Assembly (NCBI GenBank): GCA_043228905.1
Contig: JBHGNT010000195.1
Location: forward strand, 1-55,315
Source: Azolla caroliniana
Taxonomy: Eukaryota; Plantae; Polypodiophyta
Direction: 5' to 3'
Length of the DNA stretch: 55,315 nucleotides
Part shown: one piece after another, positions 13,008-26,741 of the stretch
Layout: the number at the start of each line of letters is the position of its first letter
How positions within the stretch are numbered: the first letter of the stretch is position 1
Program-made: the position numbers and the translations under genes
The notes under the pieces: generated by a model
What the model saw: the letters and a program-made list of their open reading frames with translations, nothing else
What the model was told of the DNA's origin: nothing
The model's database searches: none

Positions 13008-16000
13008 AGCTAACAACGCTACCTATGATATGGAATTAAAAAATCAAGATTTTAAAATTCAGGTCCAGAGACATGAAGAAAATAGGAAACTTGAGGAGGT
13101 CGTAAACAAGATCCCGTGAGTAAATGAAAATGTTCATACCTGGGTCATGTGATAACTGATTTTTGAGGTCAAACATGCGAATCGAAGCTTCCAATGCTAA
13201 CTATGATATGGCATTTAAAAATCATGGTTAATACCAAGGTTCATACCTCGGTCATGTGATATCGGATTTATGTGTTTAAACATGCGAATCGAAGCTAACA
13301 ACGCTAGCTATGATATGGAATTAAAAAACCAAGATTCTTAAACTCAGGTCGAGAGACACGAAGAAAATAGGAAACTTGAGGAGGTCGTAGACAAGATCCC
13401 TTGAGTAAATGAAAATGTTCATACCTGGGTCATGTGATATCTGATTTTTGAGGTCAAACATTCGAATCGAGGCTCCCAATGCTAACTATGATATGGCATT
13501 TAAAAATCAGGGTTAATACCAAGGTTCATACCTCGGTCATGTGATATCGGATTTATGTGTTTAAACATGCGAATCGAAGCTAACAACGCTAGCTATAATA
13601 TGGAATTAAAAAACCAAGATTCTTAAACTCAGGTCGAGAGACACGAAGAAAATAGGAAACTTGAGGAGGTCGTAGACAAGATCCCGTGAGTAAATGAAAA
13701 TGTTCATACCTCGGTCAGGTGATATCGAATTTTTGAAGTCAAACACGCGAATCGAAACTAACAACGCCAGCTATGATATGGAATTTAAAACTCAGGATTT
13801 TGAAACTCCGATCTAGAGACATGAAGAAAATAGCAAACTTCAGGAGGTCGTAGACAACAGCCGAGGAGTAAATGAAAATGTTCAAACCTGGGTCATGTGA
13901 TATCGGATTTTTCAGGTCAAACATGCGAATCGAAACTAACAACGCCAGCTATGATATGGAATTTAAAACTAAAGATTTTGAAACTCCGGTCTAGAGAGAT
14001 GAAGAAAATAGCAAACTTGGGAAGGTCGTAGACAAGAGCGCGTTACTAAATGAAAATGTTCATACCTGGCTCGTTTGATATCAGATTTTTGTATTTAAAC
14101 AGGCGAATTGAAGCTTTCAATGTTAGCTACAAAGTGGAATTAAACAATCAACTTTTTGAAACTCACGTCGAGAGACATGAAGAAACTACCAAACATGAGG
14201 CGGTCGTAGACAAGAGCACCAAAGTAAATGAAAAAGTTCATACCTGGGTCATGTGATATCGGATTTTTGTCTTCAAACATACGAATCGAAGCTAACAACG
14301 CTAGCTATGATATGGAATTAAAAAATCAAGATTTTTAAATTCAGGTCGAGAGACATGAAGAAAATAGGAAACTTCAGGAGGTCGTAGACAAGATCCCGTG
14401 AGTAAACGAAAATGTTCATACCTGCGTCATGTGATATCTGATTTTTGAGGTCAAATATGCCAATCGAGGCTTCCAATGATAACTATGATATGGCATTTAA
14501 AAATCAAGATTTTGAAACTCAGGTCGACAGACATGAGTAAAATACCAAACTTGAGGAGGTCGTAGATAAGAGCACGGGAGTAAATCACAAGGTTCTTACC
14601 TCGGTCATGTGATATCGGATTTTTCAGGTGAAACATGTGAATCGAAACTAACAACGCTAGCTATCATATGGAATTGAAAATTCAAGATTTTTAAACTCAG
14701 GTCGAGAGACATGAAGAAAAAAGCAAACTTTAGGTGGTCGTAGACAAGAGCACGGGAGTAAATGCGAAAGTTCATACCTGGATCATGTGATATCGGATTT
14801 TTGAGGTCAAACATGCGAATCGAAACTAACAACGCCAGCTATGATATCGAATTTAAAACTCAGGATTTGAAACTCCGGTCCAGAGACATGAAGAAAATAG
14901 CAAACATGAGAAGGTCGTAGACAAGAGCGCGTTAGTAAATGAAAATGTTCATATCTGGCTCGTGTGATATCGGATTTTTGTGGTTAAACATGCGAATTGA
15001 AGCTTACAATGTTAGCTACGATGTGGAATTAAACAGTAATTATTTTGAAACTCAGGTGGAGAGATATGAAGAAAATACCAAACTTGAGGAGGTCGTAGAT
15101 AAGAGCACGGGAGTAAATAACAAGGTTCATATCTCGGTCATGTGATATCAGATTTTTTATGTCAAACATACGCATCGAAGCAAACAATTCTAGCTATGAT
15201 ATGGAATTAAAAAATCATGATTTTTAAACTCAGGTCGAGAGACATGAAGAAAATAGGAAACTTGAGGAGGTCGTAGACAAGATCCTGTGAGTAAATGAAA
15301 ATGTTCATACCTGGGTCATGTGATATCGGATTTTTGAGGTCAAATATGCGAATCGAAACCAACAACGCTAGCTATTATATGGAATTAAAAAATCATGATT
15401 TTTAAACTCAGGTCGAGAGACATGAAGGAAATAGGAAACTTGAGGAGGTCAAAGACAAGATCCCGTAAATAAATGAAAATGTTCATACCTGGCTGGTGTG
15501 ATATCGGATTTATGTGTTTAAACATGCGAATCGAAGCTAACAACGCTAGCAATGATATGGAATTAAAAAATCAGGATTTATAAACTTAGGTCGAGAGACA
15601 TGAAGAAAATACCAAACATGAAGAGGTCGTAGACTAGACCCGGGGAGTAAATGAAAATGTTCATACCTAGGTCATGTGATATCGGATTTTTGAGGTCAAA
15701 CATACGAATCGAAGCTAACAACACTAGCTATTATATGGAATTAAAAACTCAATATTTTTAAACTCAGGTCGAGAGACATGAAGAAAATACCAAACTTGAG
15801 GAGGTCGTAGACAACAGCCGAGGAGTAAATGAAAATGTTCATACCTGGGTCATCTGATATCGGATTTTTTAGGTCGTAGACAAGAGCACCGAAGTAAATG
15901 AAAATATTCATACCTGGGTCATGTGATATCGGATTTTTGCGATCAAACATGCGAATCGAAACTAACAACGCCAGCTATGATATGGAATTTAAAACTCGGG

Positions 16001-19000
16001 TCGAGCCGCATGAATAAAATAGCAAAGTCGAGGAGGTCGTAGAGAAGAGCCCGTCATTAAATGAAAATGTTCATACCTGGCTTGTGTCATAACGGATTTA
16101 TGTGTTTAAACATGCAAATCGAAGCTAACAACGCTAGCTATGATATGGAATTAAAAAATCAAGATTTTGAAACTCAGGTCGAGAGACATGAAGAAAATAC
16201 CAAACTTGAGGAGGTCGTAGACTAGACCCGAGGAGTAAAGGAAAATGTTCATATCTGGGTCATGTGATATCGGATGTTTGAGGTCAAACATGCGAATCGA
16301 AACTAACAACGCCAGCCATGATATGGAATTTACAACTAAGGATTTTGAAACTCCGGTCTAGAGACATGAAGAAAATACAAAACTTGAGAAGGTCGTAGAC
16401 CAGAGCGCATTAGTAAATGAAAATGTTCATACCTCGCTCGTGTGATATCGGATTTTTGTGGTTAAACATACGAATTGAAGCTTACAATGTTAGCTACGAT
16501 GTGGAATTAAACAATCAAAATTTTGAAACTCAGGTCGAGAGACATGAAGAAAATACCAAACTTGAGGAGGCCGTAGATAAGAGCACGGGAGTAAATAACG
16601 CCAGCTATGATATGGAATTTAAAACTCAGGATTTTGAATATCCGGTCTAGAGACATGAAAGAAATAGGAAACTTGAGGAGGTCGAAGACAAGATCCTGTA
16701 AGTAAATGAAAATGTTCATACCTGGGTCATGTGATATCGGATTTTTGAGGTCAAACATGCGAATCGAAACTAACAACGCTAGCTATTATATGGAATTAAG
16801 AAATCATGATTTTTAAACTCAGGTCGAGAGACATGAAGGAAATAGGAAACTTGAGGAGGTCGAAGACAAGATCCCGTAAGTAAATGAAAATGTTCATACC
16901 TGGGTCATGTGATATTGGATTTTTGAGGTCAAACATGCGAATCGAAACTAACAACGCCAGCTATGATATGGAATTTAAAACTCAGGATTTTGAAACTCCG
17001 GTCTATAGACATAAAGAAAATAGCAAACTTGAGAAGGTCGTAGACAAGAGCGCGTTAGTAAATGAAAATGTTCATACCTGGTTCCTGTGATATCGGATTT
17101 TTGTGGTTAAACATGTGAATTCAAGCTTACAATGTTAGCTACGATGTGGAATTAAACAATCATCTTTTGGAAACTCAGGTCGAGAGACATGAAGAAAATA
17201 GAAAACTTCAGGAGGTCGTAGATAAGAGCACGGGAGTAAATAACAAGGTTCATACCTCTGTCATCTGATATCAGATATTTGAGGTCAAACATACGAATCG
17301 AAGCTAAAAACGCTAGCTATCATATGGAATTAAAAAATCATGATTTTTAAACTCAGGTCGAGAGACATGAAGAAAAAATAGGAAACTTGAGGAGGTCGTA
17401 GACAAGATCCTGTGAGTAAATGAAAATGTTCATACCTGGGTCATGTGATATCGGATTTTTGAGGTCATACATGCGAATCGAAACTAACAATGCCAGCTAT
17501 GATATGGAATTTAAAACTCAAGATTTTGAAACTCCGGTCTAGAGACATGATGAAAATAGCAAACTTCAGGAGGTCGTAGACAAGAGCTGGGAGTAAATGA
17601 AAATGTTCCTACCTGGGTCATGTGATATCGGATTTTTGAGGTCATACATGCGAATCGAAACTAACAATGCCAGCTATGATATGGAATTTAAAACTCAAGA
17701 TTTTGAAACTCCGGTCTAGAGACATGATGAAAATAGCAAACTTCAGGAGGTCGTAGACAAGAGCTGGGGAGTAAATGAAAATGTTCCTACCTGGGTCATG
17801 TGATATCGGATTTTTCAGGTGAAACATGCGAATCGAAACTAACAACGCCAGCTCCGATATGGAATTTCAAACTCAAGATTTTGAAACTCCGGTCTAGAGA
17901 CATGAAGAAAATAGCAAACTTGAGAAGGTCGTAGACAAGAGCGCGTTACTAAATGAAAATGTTCATACCTGGCTCGTGTGATATCGGATTTGTGTATTTA
18001 AACATGCGAATTGAAGCTTACAATGTTAGCTACAAAGTGAAATTAAACAATCAACATTTTAAAACTCAGGTCGAGAGACAGGAAGAAAATACCAAACATG
18101 AGGCGGTCGTAGGCAAGAGCACCAAAGTAAATGAAAAAGTTCATACCTGGGTCATGTGATATCAGATTTTTGTGTTCAAACATACGAATCGAAGCTAACA
18201 GTGCCAGCTATGATATGGAATTAAAAAATCAAGATTTTTAAATTCAGGTCGAGAGACATGAAGAAAATAGGAAACTTGAGGAGGTCGTAGGCAAGATCCC
18301 GTGAGTAAATGAAAATGTTCATACCTGGGTCATGTGATATCTGATTTTTGAGGTCAAACATGCGAATCGAGCCTCCCAATGCTAACTATGATATGGCATT
18401 TAAAAATCAAGATTTTGAAACTCAGGTCGAGACGCATGACTGAAATACCAAAGTTGAGGAGGTCGTAGACAAGAGCCGGTTAGTAAATGTAAATGTTCAT
18501 ACCTGGCTCGTGTGATATCGGATTTATGTGTTTACACATGCGAATCGAAGCTAACAACGCTACCTATGATATGGAATTAAAAAATCAAGATTTTGAAACT
18601 CAGGTCGAGAGACATGAAGAAAATACCAAACTTGAGGAGGTCGTAGACAAGAGCCGGTCAGTAAATGAAAATGTTCATACCTGGCTCGTGTGATATCGGA
18701 TTTTTGAGGTCAAACATGCGAATCGAAACTTCTAATGCTAACTATGATATGGCATTGAAAAATCAAGATTTTGAAACTCAGGTCGAGACGCATGCATAAA
18801 ATACCAAAGATGAGGAGGTTGTAGACTAAAGCCCGTGAGTAAATGAAAATGTTCAAACCTGGCTCGTGTGATATCGGATTTTTTTGTTTAAACATGGGAA
18901 TCGAAGCTAACAACGATAACTATGATATAGAATTAAAAAATCAAGATTTTTAAACTCAGGTCGAGAGACATGAAAAAATAGGAAACTTGAGGAGGTCGAA

Positions 19001-22000
19001 GACAAGATCCCGTGAGTAAATGAAAATGTTCATACCTGGGTCATGTGATATCTGATTTTTGAGGTCAAACATGCGAATCGAGGCTCCCAATGCTAACTAT
19101 GATATGGCATTGAAAAATCAAGATTTTGAAACTCAGGTCGAGACGCATGAATAAAATACCAAAGATGAGGAGGTTGTAGACTAAAGCCCGTGAGTAAATG
19201 AAAATGTTCAAACCTGGCTCGTGTGATATCGGATTTTTTTGTTTAAACATGGGAATCGAAGCTAACAGCTAGCTATGATATGGAATTAAACAATCAAGAT
19301 TTTGAAACTTAGATCGAGAGACATGAAGAAAATACCAAACTTGAGGAGGTCGTAGACAAGAGCCTGGGAGTAAATCAAAATGTTCATTTCTGGGTCATGT
19401 GATATCGGATTTTTGAGGTCAGACATGCGAATCGAAACTAACAACGCCAGCTCCGATATGGAATTTAAAACTCAAGATTTTGAAACTCCGGTCTAGAGAC
19501 ATGAAGAAAATACCAAACTTGAGAAAGTCGTAGACAAGAGCGCGTTACTAAATGAAAATGTTCATACCTGGCTCGTGTGATATCGGATTTTTGAGGTGAA
19601 ACATGCGAATCGAAACTTCTAGTGCTAACTATGCTATGGCATTGAAAAATGAAGATTTTGAAACTCAGGTCGAGACGCATGAATAAAATACCAAAGATGA
19701 GGAGGTTGTAGACTAAAGCCCGTGAGTAAATGAAAATGTTCAAATCTGGCTCGTGTGATATCAGATTTTTTTGTTTAAATATGGGAATCGAAGCTAACAA
19801 CGCTAGCTATGATATGGAATTAAAAAATCAAGATTTTGAAACTTAGATCGAGAGACATGAAGAAAATACCAAACTTGAGGAGGTCGTAGACAAGAGCCTG
19901 CGAGTAAATCAAAATGTTCATTTCTGGGTCATGTGATATCGGATTTTTGAGGTCAGACATGCGAATCGAAACTAACAACACCAGCTCCGATATGGAATTT
20001 AAAACTCAAGATTTTGAAACTCCGGTCTAGAGACATGAACAAAATAGCAAACTTGAGAAAGTCGTAGACAAGAGCGCGTTACTAAATGAAAATGTTCATA
20101 CCTGGCTCGTGTGATATCGGATTTTTGTGTTTAAACATGCGAATTCAAGCTTACAATGTTAGCTACGATGTGGAATTAAACAATCAACATTTTGAAACTC
20201 AGGTCGAGAGACATGAAGAAAATACCAAACTTGAGGAGGTCGTAGACAAGAGCACGGGAGTAAATGAAAATGTTCATACCTGGGTCATGTGATATCGGAT
20301 TTTTGTGTTCAAACATACGAATCGAAGCTAACAACGCTAACTATGATATAGAATTAAAAAATCAAGATTTTTAAACTCAAGTCGAGAGACATGAAAAAAT
20401 AAGAAACTTGAGGAGGTCGAAGACAAGATCCCGTGAGTAAATGAAAATGTTCATACCTGGGTCATGTGATATCGGATTTTTGAGGTCAAACATGCGAATC
20501 GAAACTAACAACGCTAGCTATTATATGGAATTAAAAAATCATGATTTTTAAACTCAGGTCGAGAGACATGAAGGAAATAGGAAACTTGAGGAGGTCGAAG
20601 ACAAGATCCCGTAAGTAAATGAAAATGTTCATACCTGGGTCATGTGATATCGGATTTTTGAGGTAAAACATGCGAATCGAAATTAACAACGCCAGCTATG
20701 ATATGGAATTTAAAACTCAGGATTTTCAAACTCAGGTCGAGAGATATAAAGAAAATAGCAAACTTGAGAAGGTCGTAGACAAGAGCGCGTTAGTAAATGA
20801 AAATGTTCATACCTGGTTCCTGTGATATCGGATTTTTGTGTTCAAACATACGAATCAGAGCTAACAACGCTAACTATGATATAGAATTAAAAAATCAAGA
20901 TTTTGAAACTCAGATCGAGAGACATCAAGGAAATACCAAACTTGAGGAGGTCGTAGACAAGAGCCTGGGAGTAAATCAAAATGTTCATTTCTGGGTCATG
21001 TGACATCGGATTTTTGAGGTCAGACATGCGAATCGAAACTAACAACGCCAGCTCCGATATGGAATTTAAAACTCAAGATTTTGAAACTCCGGTCTACAGA
21101 CATGATGAAAATAGCAAACTTGAGAAAGTCGTAGACAAGAGCGCGTTACTAAATGAAAATGTTCATACCTGGCTCGTGTAATATCGGATTTCTGTGTTTA
21201 AACATGCGAATTCAAGCTTACAATGTTAGCTACGATGTGGAATTAAACAATCAACATTTCGAAACTCAGGTCGAGAGACATGAAGAAAATACCAAACTTG
21301 AGGAGGTCGTAGACAAGAGCACGGGAGTAAATGAAAATGTTCATACCTGGGTCATGTGATATCGGATTTTTGTGTTCAAACATACGAATCGAAGCTAACA
21401 ACGCTAACTATGATATAGAATTAAAAAATCAAGATTTTTAAACTCAGGTCGAGAGACATGAAAAAATAGGAAACTTGAGGAGGTCGCAGACAAGATCCCG
21501 TGACTAAATGAAAATGTTCATACCTGGGTCATGTGATATCGGATTTTTGAGGTCAAACATGCGAATCGAAACTTCTAATGCTAACTTTCATATGGCATTG
21601 AAAAATGAAGATTTTGAAACTCATGTCGAGACGCATGAATAAAATACCAAAGATGAGGAGGTTGTAGACTAAAGCCCGTGAGTAAATGAAAATGTTCAAA
21701 CGTGGCTCGTGTGATATCGGATTTTTGTGTTTAAACATGCGAATTGAAGCTGAGAATGCTAGCTACGATATAGAATTAAAAACTCAAGATTTTGAAACTC
21801 AGGTCGAGAGACATGAAAAAAATACCAAACTTGAGAAGGTCGTAGGAAAGAGCCGGTACCTGGGTCATGTGATATCGTATTTTTGAGGTCAAACATGCGA
21901 ATCGAAATTAACAATGCCAGCTATGATATGGAATTTAAAACTCAAGATTTTGAAACTCCGCTCTAGAGACATGAACAAAATAGCAAACTTGACAAAGTCG

Positions 22001-23909
22001 TAGACAAGAGCGCGTTAGTAAATGAAAATGTTCATACCTGGTTCGTTTGATATCGGATATTTGTGTTTAAACATGCGAATTCAAGCTTACAATGTTAGCT
22101 ACCATGGGGAATGAAACAATCAACATTTTGAAACTCAGGTCGAGAGACATGAAGAAAATACCAAACTTGAGGAGGTCGTAGACAAGAGCACGGGAGTAAA
22201 GGAAAATGTTCATACCTGGGTAATGTGATATCGGATTTTTGAGGTCAAACATACGAATCGAAGCTAACAACGCTAGCTATGATATAGAATTAAAAAATCA
22301 AGATTTTTAAAGTCAGGTCGAGAGACATGAAGAAAATAGGAAACTTGAGGAGGTCGTAGACAAGATCCTGTGAGTAAATGAAAATGTTCATACATGGGTC
22401 ATGTGATATCAGATTTTTGAGGTCAAACATGCGAATCGAAACTAACAACGCTAGCTATTATATGGAATTAAAAAATCATGATTTTTAAGCTCAGGTCGAG
22501 AGACATGAAGGAAATAGGAAACTTGAGGAGGTCGAAGACAAGATCCCGTAAGTAAATGAAAATGTTCATACCTGGGTCATGTGATATCGGATTTTTGAGG
22601 TAAAACATGCGAATCGAAATTAACAACGCCAGCTATGATATGGAATTTAAAACTCTGGATTTTGAAACTCAGGTCGAGAGACATAAAGAAAATAGCAAAC
22701 TTGAGAAGGTCGTAGACAAGAGCGCGTTAGTAAATGAAAATGTTCATACCTGGTTCCTGTGATATCGGATTTCTGTGGTTAAACATGCGAATTGAAGCTT
22801 ACAATGTTACCTACGATGTGGAATTAAACAATCATCATTTTGAAACTCAGGTCGAGAGACATGAAGAAAATAGCAAACTTTAGGACGTTGTAGATAAGAG
22901 CACGGGAGTAAATAACAAGGTTCTTACCTCCGTCATCTGATATCAGATATTTGAGGTCAAACATACGAATCGAAGCTAAAAACGCTAGCTATCATATGGA
23001 ATTAAAAAATCAAGATTTTTAAACTCAGGTCGAGAGATATGAAGAAAATAGGAAACTTGACGAGGTCGTAGACAAGATCCCGTGAGTAAATGAAAATGTT
23101 TATACCTGGGTCATGTGATATCGGATTTTTGAGGTCATACATGCGAATCGAAACTAACAATGCCAGCTCCGATATGGAATTAAAAACTCAAGATTTTGAA
23201 ACTCAGGTCGAGAGACATGAAAAAAATACCAAACTTGAGGAGGTCGTAGAAAAGAGTCGATACCTGGGTCATGTGATATCGTATTTTTGAGGTCAAACAT
23301 GCGAATCGAAATTAACAACGCCAGCTATGATATGTAATTTAAAACTCATGATTTTGAAACTCCGGTCTAGAGACATGAACAAAATAGCAAACTTGAGAAA
23401 GTCGTAGACAAGAGCGCGTTAGTAAATGAAAATGTTCATACCTGGCTCGTGTGATATCGGATTTTTGTGTTTAAACATGCGAATTGAAACTAAGAACGCC
23501 AGGTATGATATGGAATTAAAAAAAGAAGATTTTGAAACTCAGGTCGAGAGACTTGAAGAAGGAATTAGCAAACTTAAGGAGGTCGTAGACAAGAGCCCGT
23601 TAGTAAATGAAAATCTGCATACCTGGCTCGTGTGACATCGGATTTTAGTGTTCAAACATGCGAATCGAAGCTTACAATGCTAGCTATGATATGGAATTAA
23701 AAAATCAATATTTTGATACTCCGGTCGAGAGACATGAAGAAAATAGCAAACAGAAGGTCGTAGACAAGAGCGCGCTAGTAAATGAAAATGTTCATACTTG
23801 GCTCGTGTGATATCGGATTTTTTTGTTTATACATGTGAATTTAAGCTTACAGTGTTAGCTATGATGTGGAATTAAAAAATCAAGATTTTGAAACTCAGTT
23901 CGAGAGGCA
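13008..23909 (+). repeat. 178-bp satellite array, forward block 2 (duplicate of 1539-12440)
   Basis: Same monomer series as block 1, shifted by 11,469 bp. Confidence 0.98.
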
Positions 23910-26717
23910 CGACCTCCTCAAATTTGCTATTTTCCTCATATCTCTCGACCTGAGTTTCAAAATTTTGATTTTTCAATTCCATATCATAACTAGCGTTGTT
24001 AGCTTCGATTCGCATGTTTCAACACAAAAATACGATATCACACAAGCCAGGTATGAACATTTTAATTTACTCACGGGCTCTTGTCTACGACCTCCTCAAG
24101 TTTGCTTTTTTCTTCATGTCTCTCGACCTAAATTTCAAAATTTTGATTTTTCAATTCAATATTAGAGCAAGCGTTTGTTAGCTTCAATTCGCATGTTTGA
24201 ACACAAAAATCCGATATCACACAAGCCAGGTATGAACATTTTCATTTACTAACGGGCTCTTGTCCACTCCCTCCTCAAGTTTGCTATTTTCGTCATATCT
24301 CTCAACCTGAGTTTCAAAATTTTGATTTTTCAATTCAATATCATAGTTAGCGTTCTTAGCTTCGATTCGCATGGTTGACCAGAAAAATCCGATATCACAC
24401 GAGCCAGGTATGAACCTTTTCATTTACTAACGGGCTCTTCTCCACTCCGTCCTCAAGTTTGCTATTTTCGTCATGTCTCTCGACCTGAGTTTCAAAATCT
24501 CGATTTTCCAATTCCATATCAAAGCTGGCATTTTTCGGTTGAATCCGAATGCTTGAACACAAAAATCCGATATTACTCGAGCCAACTATAAACATTTTCA
24601 TTTGCTAACGAGCTCTTCTCCACACCCTCCTCAAGTTTCCTATTTTCGTCATGTCTTTCGACCTGAGTTTCAAAATCTTTATTTTTTAATTCCATATCAT
24701 AATTAGCGTTGATAGCTTCGATTCGGATGTTTGAACACAAAAATCCGATATCACACGAGCCAGGTATGAACATTTTCATTTACTCATGGGCTCTTGTCCA
24801 CTCCCTCCTGAAGTTTGCTATTTTCTTGAAATCTCTCGACCGGAGTTTCAAAATTTTGATTTTTTAATTCCATATCATAGCTAGCGTTGTTAGCTTCGAT
24901 TCGTATATTTGAACACAAAAATCCGATATCACATGTGCCAGGTATGAACATTTTTATTTACTCACGCGCTCTTGTCTTCACCCTCTTCAAGTTTGCTTTT
25001 TCCTTTTTCTCTCTCGGCCTGAACATTTTCATTTACTAACAGGCTCTTGTCCACTCCCTCCGCAAGTTTGTTATTTTCGTCATGTCTCTCCACCTGAGTT
25101 TCAAAATCTTGATTTTTCAATTCCATATCATAGCTAGCGTTTTTCGGTTCGATCTGAATGCTTGAACACAAAAATCTGATATCACATGAGCCAGGTATGA
25201 ACATTTTCATTTACTCACGTGCTCTTGTCTACACCCTCCTCAAGTTTTCTTTTTTCTTCGTGTCTCTCGACCTGAGTTTCAAAATCTTGATTTTTTAATT
25301 GAATATCATAGCTAGCGTTGTAACTTTGATTCGCATGTTTGAACTGAAAAATCCGATATCACACGAGCCAGGTATGGACATTTTAATTTACTCACGGGCG
25401 CTTGTCTACGACCTCCTCAAGTTTGCTATTTTCTTCATGTCTCTCGACCTGAGTTTCAAAATTTTGATTCTTTAATTCCATCTCATAGCTAGCGTTGTTA
25501 GCTTCGATAGCATGTTTGAACACAAAAATCCGATATCACACGAGCCAGGTATGAACATTTTCATTTACTAATGGGCTCTTCTCCACTCCCTCCTCAAGTT
25601 TGCTTTTTTCTTCATGTTTCTTGAGCTGAGTTTCAAAATCTTGATTTTTTAATTCCATATCATAGCTAGTGTTATTAGCTTCGATTCGCATGTTTCGACA
25701 CAAAAATCCGATATCACACGAGCCACGTATGAACATTTTCATTTACTAATGGGCTCTTTTCCACTCCTTTCTCAAGTTTGCTATTTTCGTCATGTCTCTC
25801 GACCTGAGTTTCAAAATTTTGATTTTTCAATTCAATATCATAGCTAGCGTTGTTAGCTTCGATTCGCATGTTTGACCTCAAAATTCCTATATCACTCGAG
25901 CCAGGTATGAACATTTTCATTTACTAACGGGCTCTTGTCCACTCCCTCCTCAAGTTTGTTATTTTCGGCATGTCTCTCCACCTGAGTTTCAAAATCTTGA
26001 TTTTTCAATTCCATATCATAACTAGCGTTTTTCGGTTCGATCTGAATGCTTGAACACAAAAATCTGATATCACACGAGCCAGGTATGAACATCTTCATTT
26101 ACTCACGTGCTCTTGTCTACACCCTCCTCAAGTTTGCTTTTTTCTTCGTGTCTCTCGACCTGAGTTTCAAAATCTTGATTTTTTAATTGCATATCATAGC
26201 TAGCGTTGTTACTTCGATTCACATGTTTGAACTGAAAAATCCGATATCACACGAGCCAGGTATGGACATTTTAATTTACTCACGGGCGCTTGTCTACGAC
26301 CTCCTCAAGTTTGCTATTTTCTTCATGTCTCTCGACCTGAGTTTCAAAATTTTGATTTTTTAATTCCATCTCATAGCTAGCGTTGTTAGCTTCGATAGCA
26401 TGTTTGAACACAAAAATCCGATATCACACGAGCCAGGTATGAACATTTTCATTTACTCACGGGCTCTTGTCCACTCCCTCCTCAAGTTTGCCATTTTCTT
26501 CATGTTTCTCGACCTGAGTTTCAAAAATTTTATTTTTCAATTCCATCTCATAGCTAGCGTTGTTAGCTTCGATTCGCATGTTTGAACACAAAAATCCGAT
26601 ATCACACAAGCCAGGTATGAACATTTTCATTTACTAACGAGCTCTTGTCTACACCGTCCTCAAGTTTGCTTTTTCTTTTTGTCTCTCGACCTGAGTTTCA
26701 AAATCTTGATTTTTTAA
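23909..26717 (-). repeat. 178-bp satellite, inverted block (about 16 monomers), with its own sub-variant
   Basis: Reverse-complement monomers with 178-bp spacing (ORF ends 24423, 24601, 24779). Many read GAGGAGGGAGTGGA(C/G)AAGAGCCC on the minus strand, where forward monomers read GAGGAGGTCGTAGACAAGAG. Confidence 0.96.
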
Positions 26718-26741
26718 TAAAATTTGCATTTCGAAAATCAA

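Larger units (their letters stand above)
1539..24395 (+). repeat. 11,469-bp-period tandem segmental duplication of satellite DNA (copy 1 1539-12926; copy 2 13008-24395)
   Basis: The ORF track repeats at a constant offset of 11,469 (2270/13739, 7996/19465, 12397/23866), including monomer-specific indels and the inversion point. I noticed one difference, T2326 vs G13795. Confidence 0.97.

Noticed and set aside
276-26585. Dozens of 60-110 aa ORFs (MKMFIPGSCDIGF..., MLVSIRMFDLKNP...) that look like a peptide gene family
   Set aside because: They are translations of the satellite monomer on both strands. Because 178 is not a multiple of 3, frames rotate and stop in the next monomer, and many monomers have stops or indels.
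1-26717. CRISPR-like repeat/spacer array
   Set aside because: Whole monomers are homologous, with no unique spacers and no cas genes, and the context is eukaryotic.
1-26717. CENP-B-box-like motif in the monomer
   Set aside because: I found no TTCG-N4-A-N2-CGGG match in the monomers inspected, on either strand.
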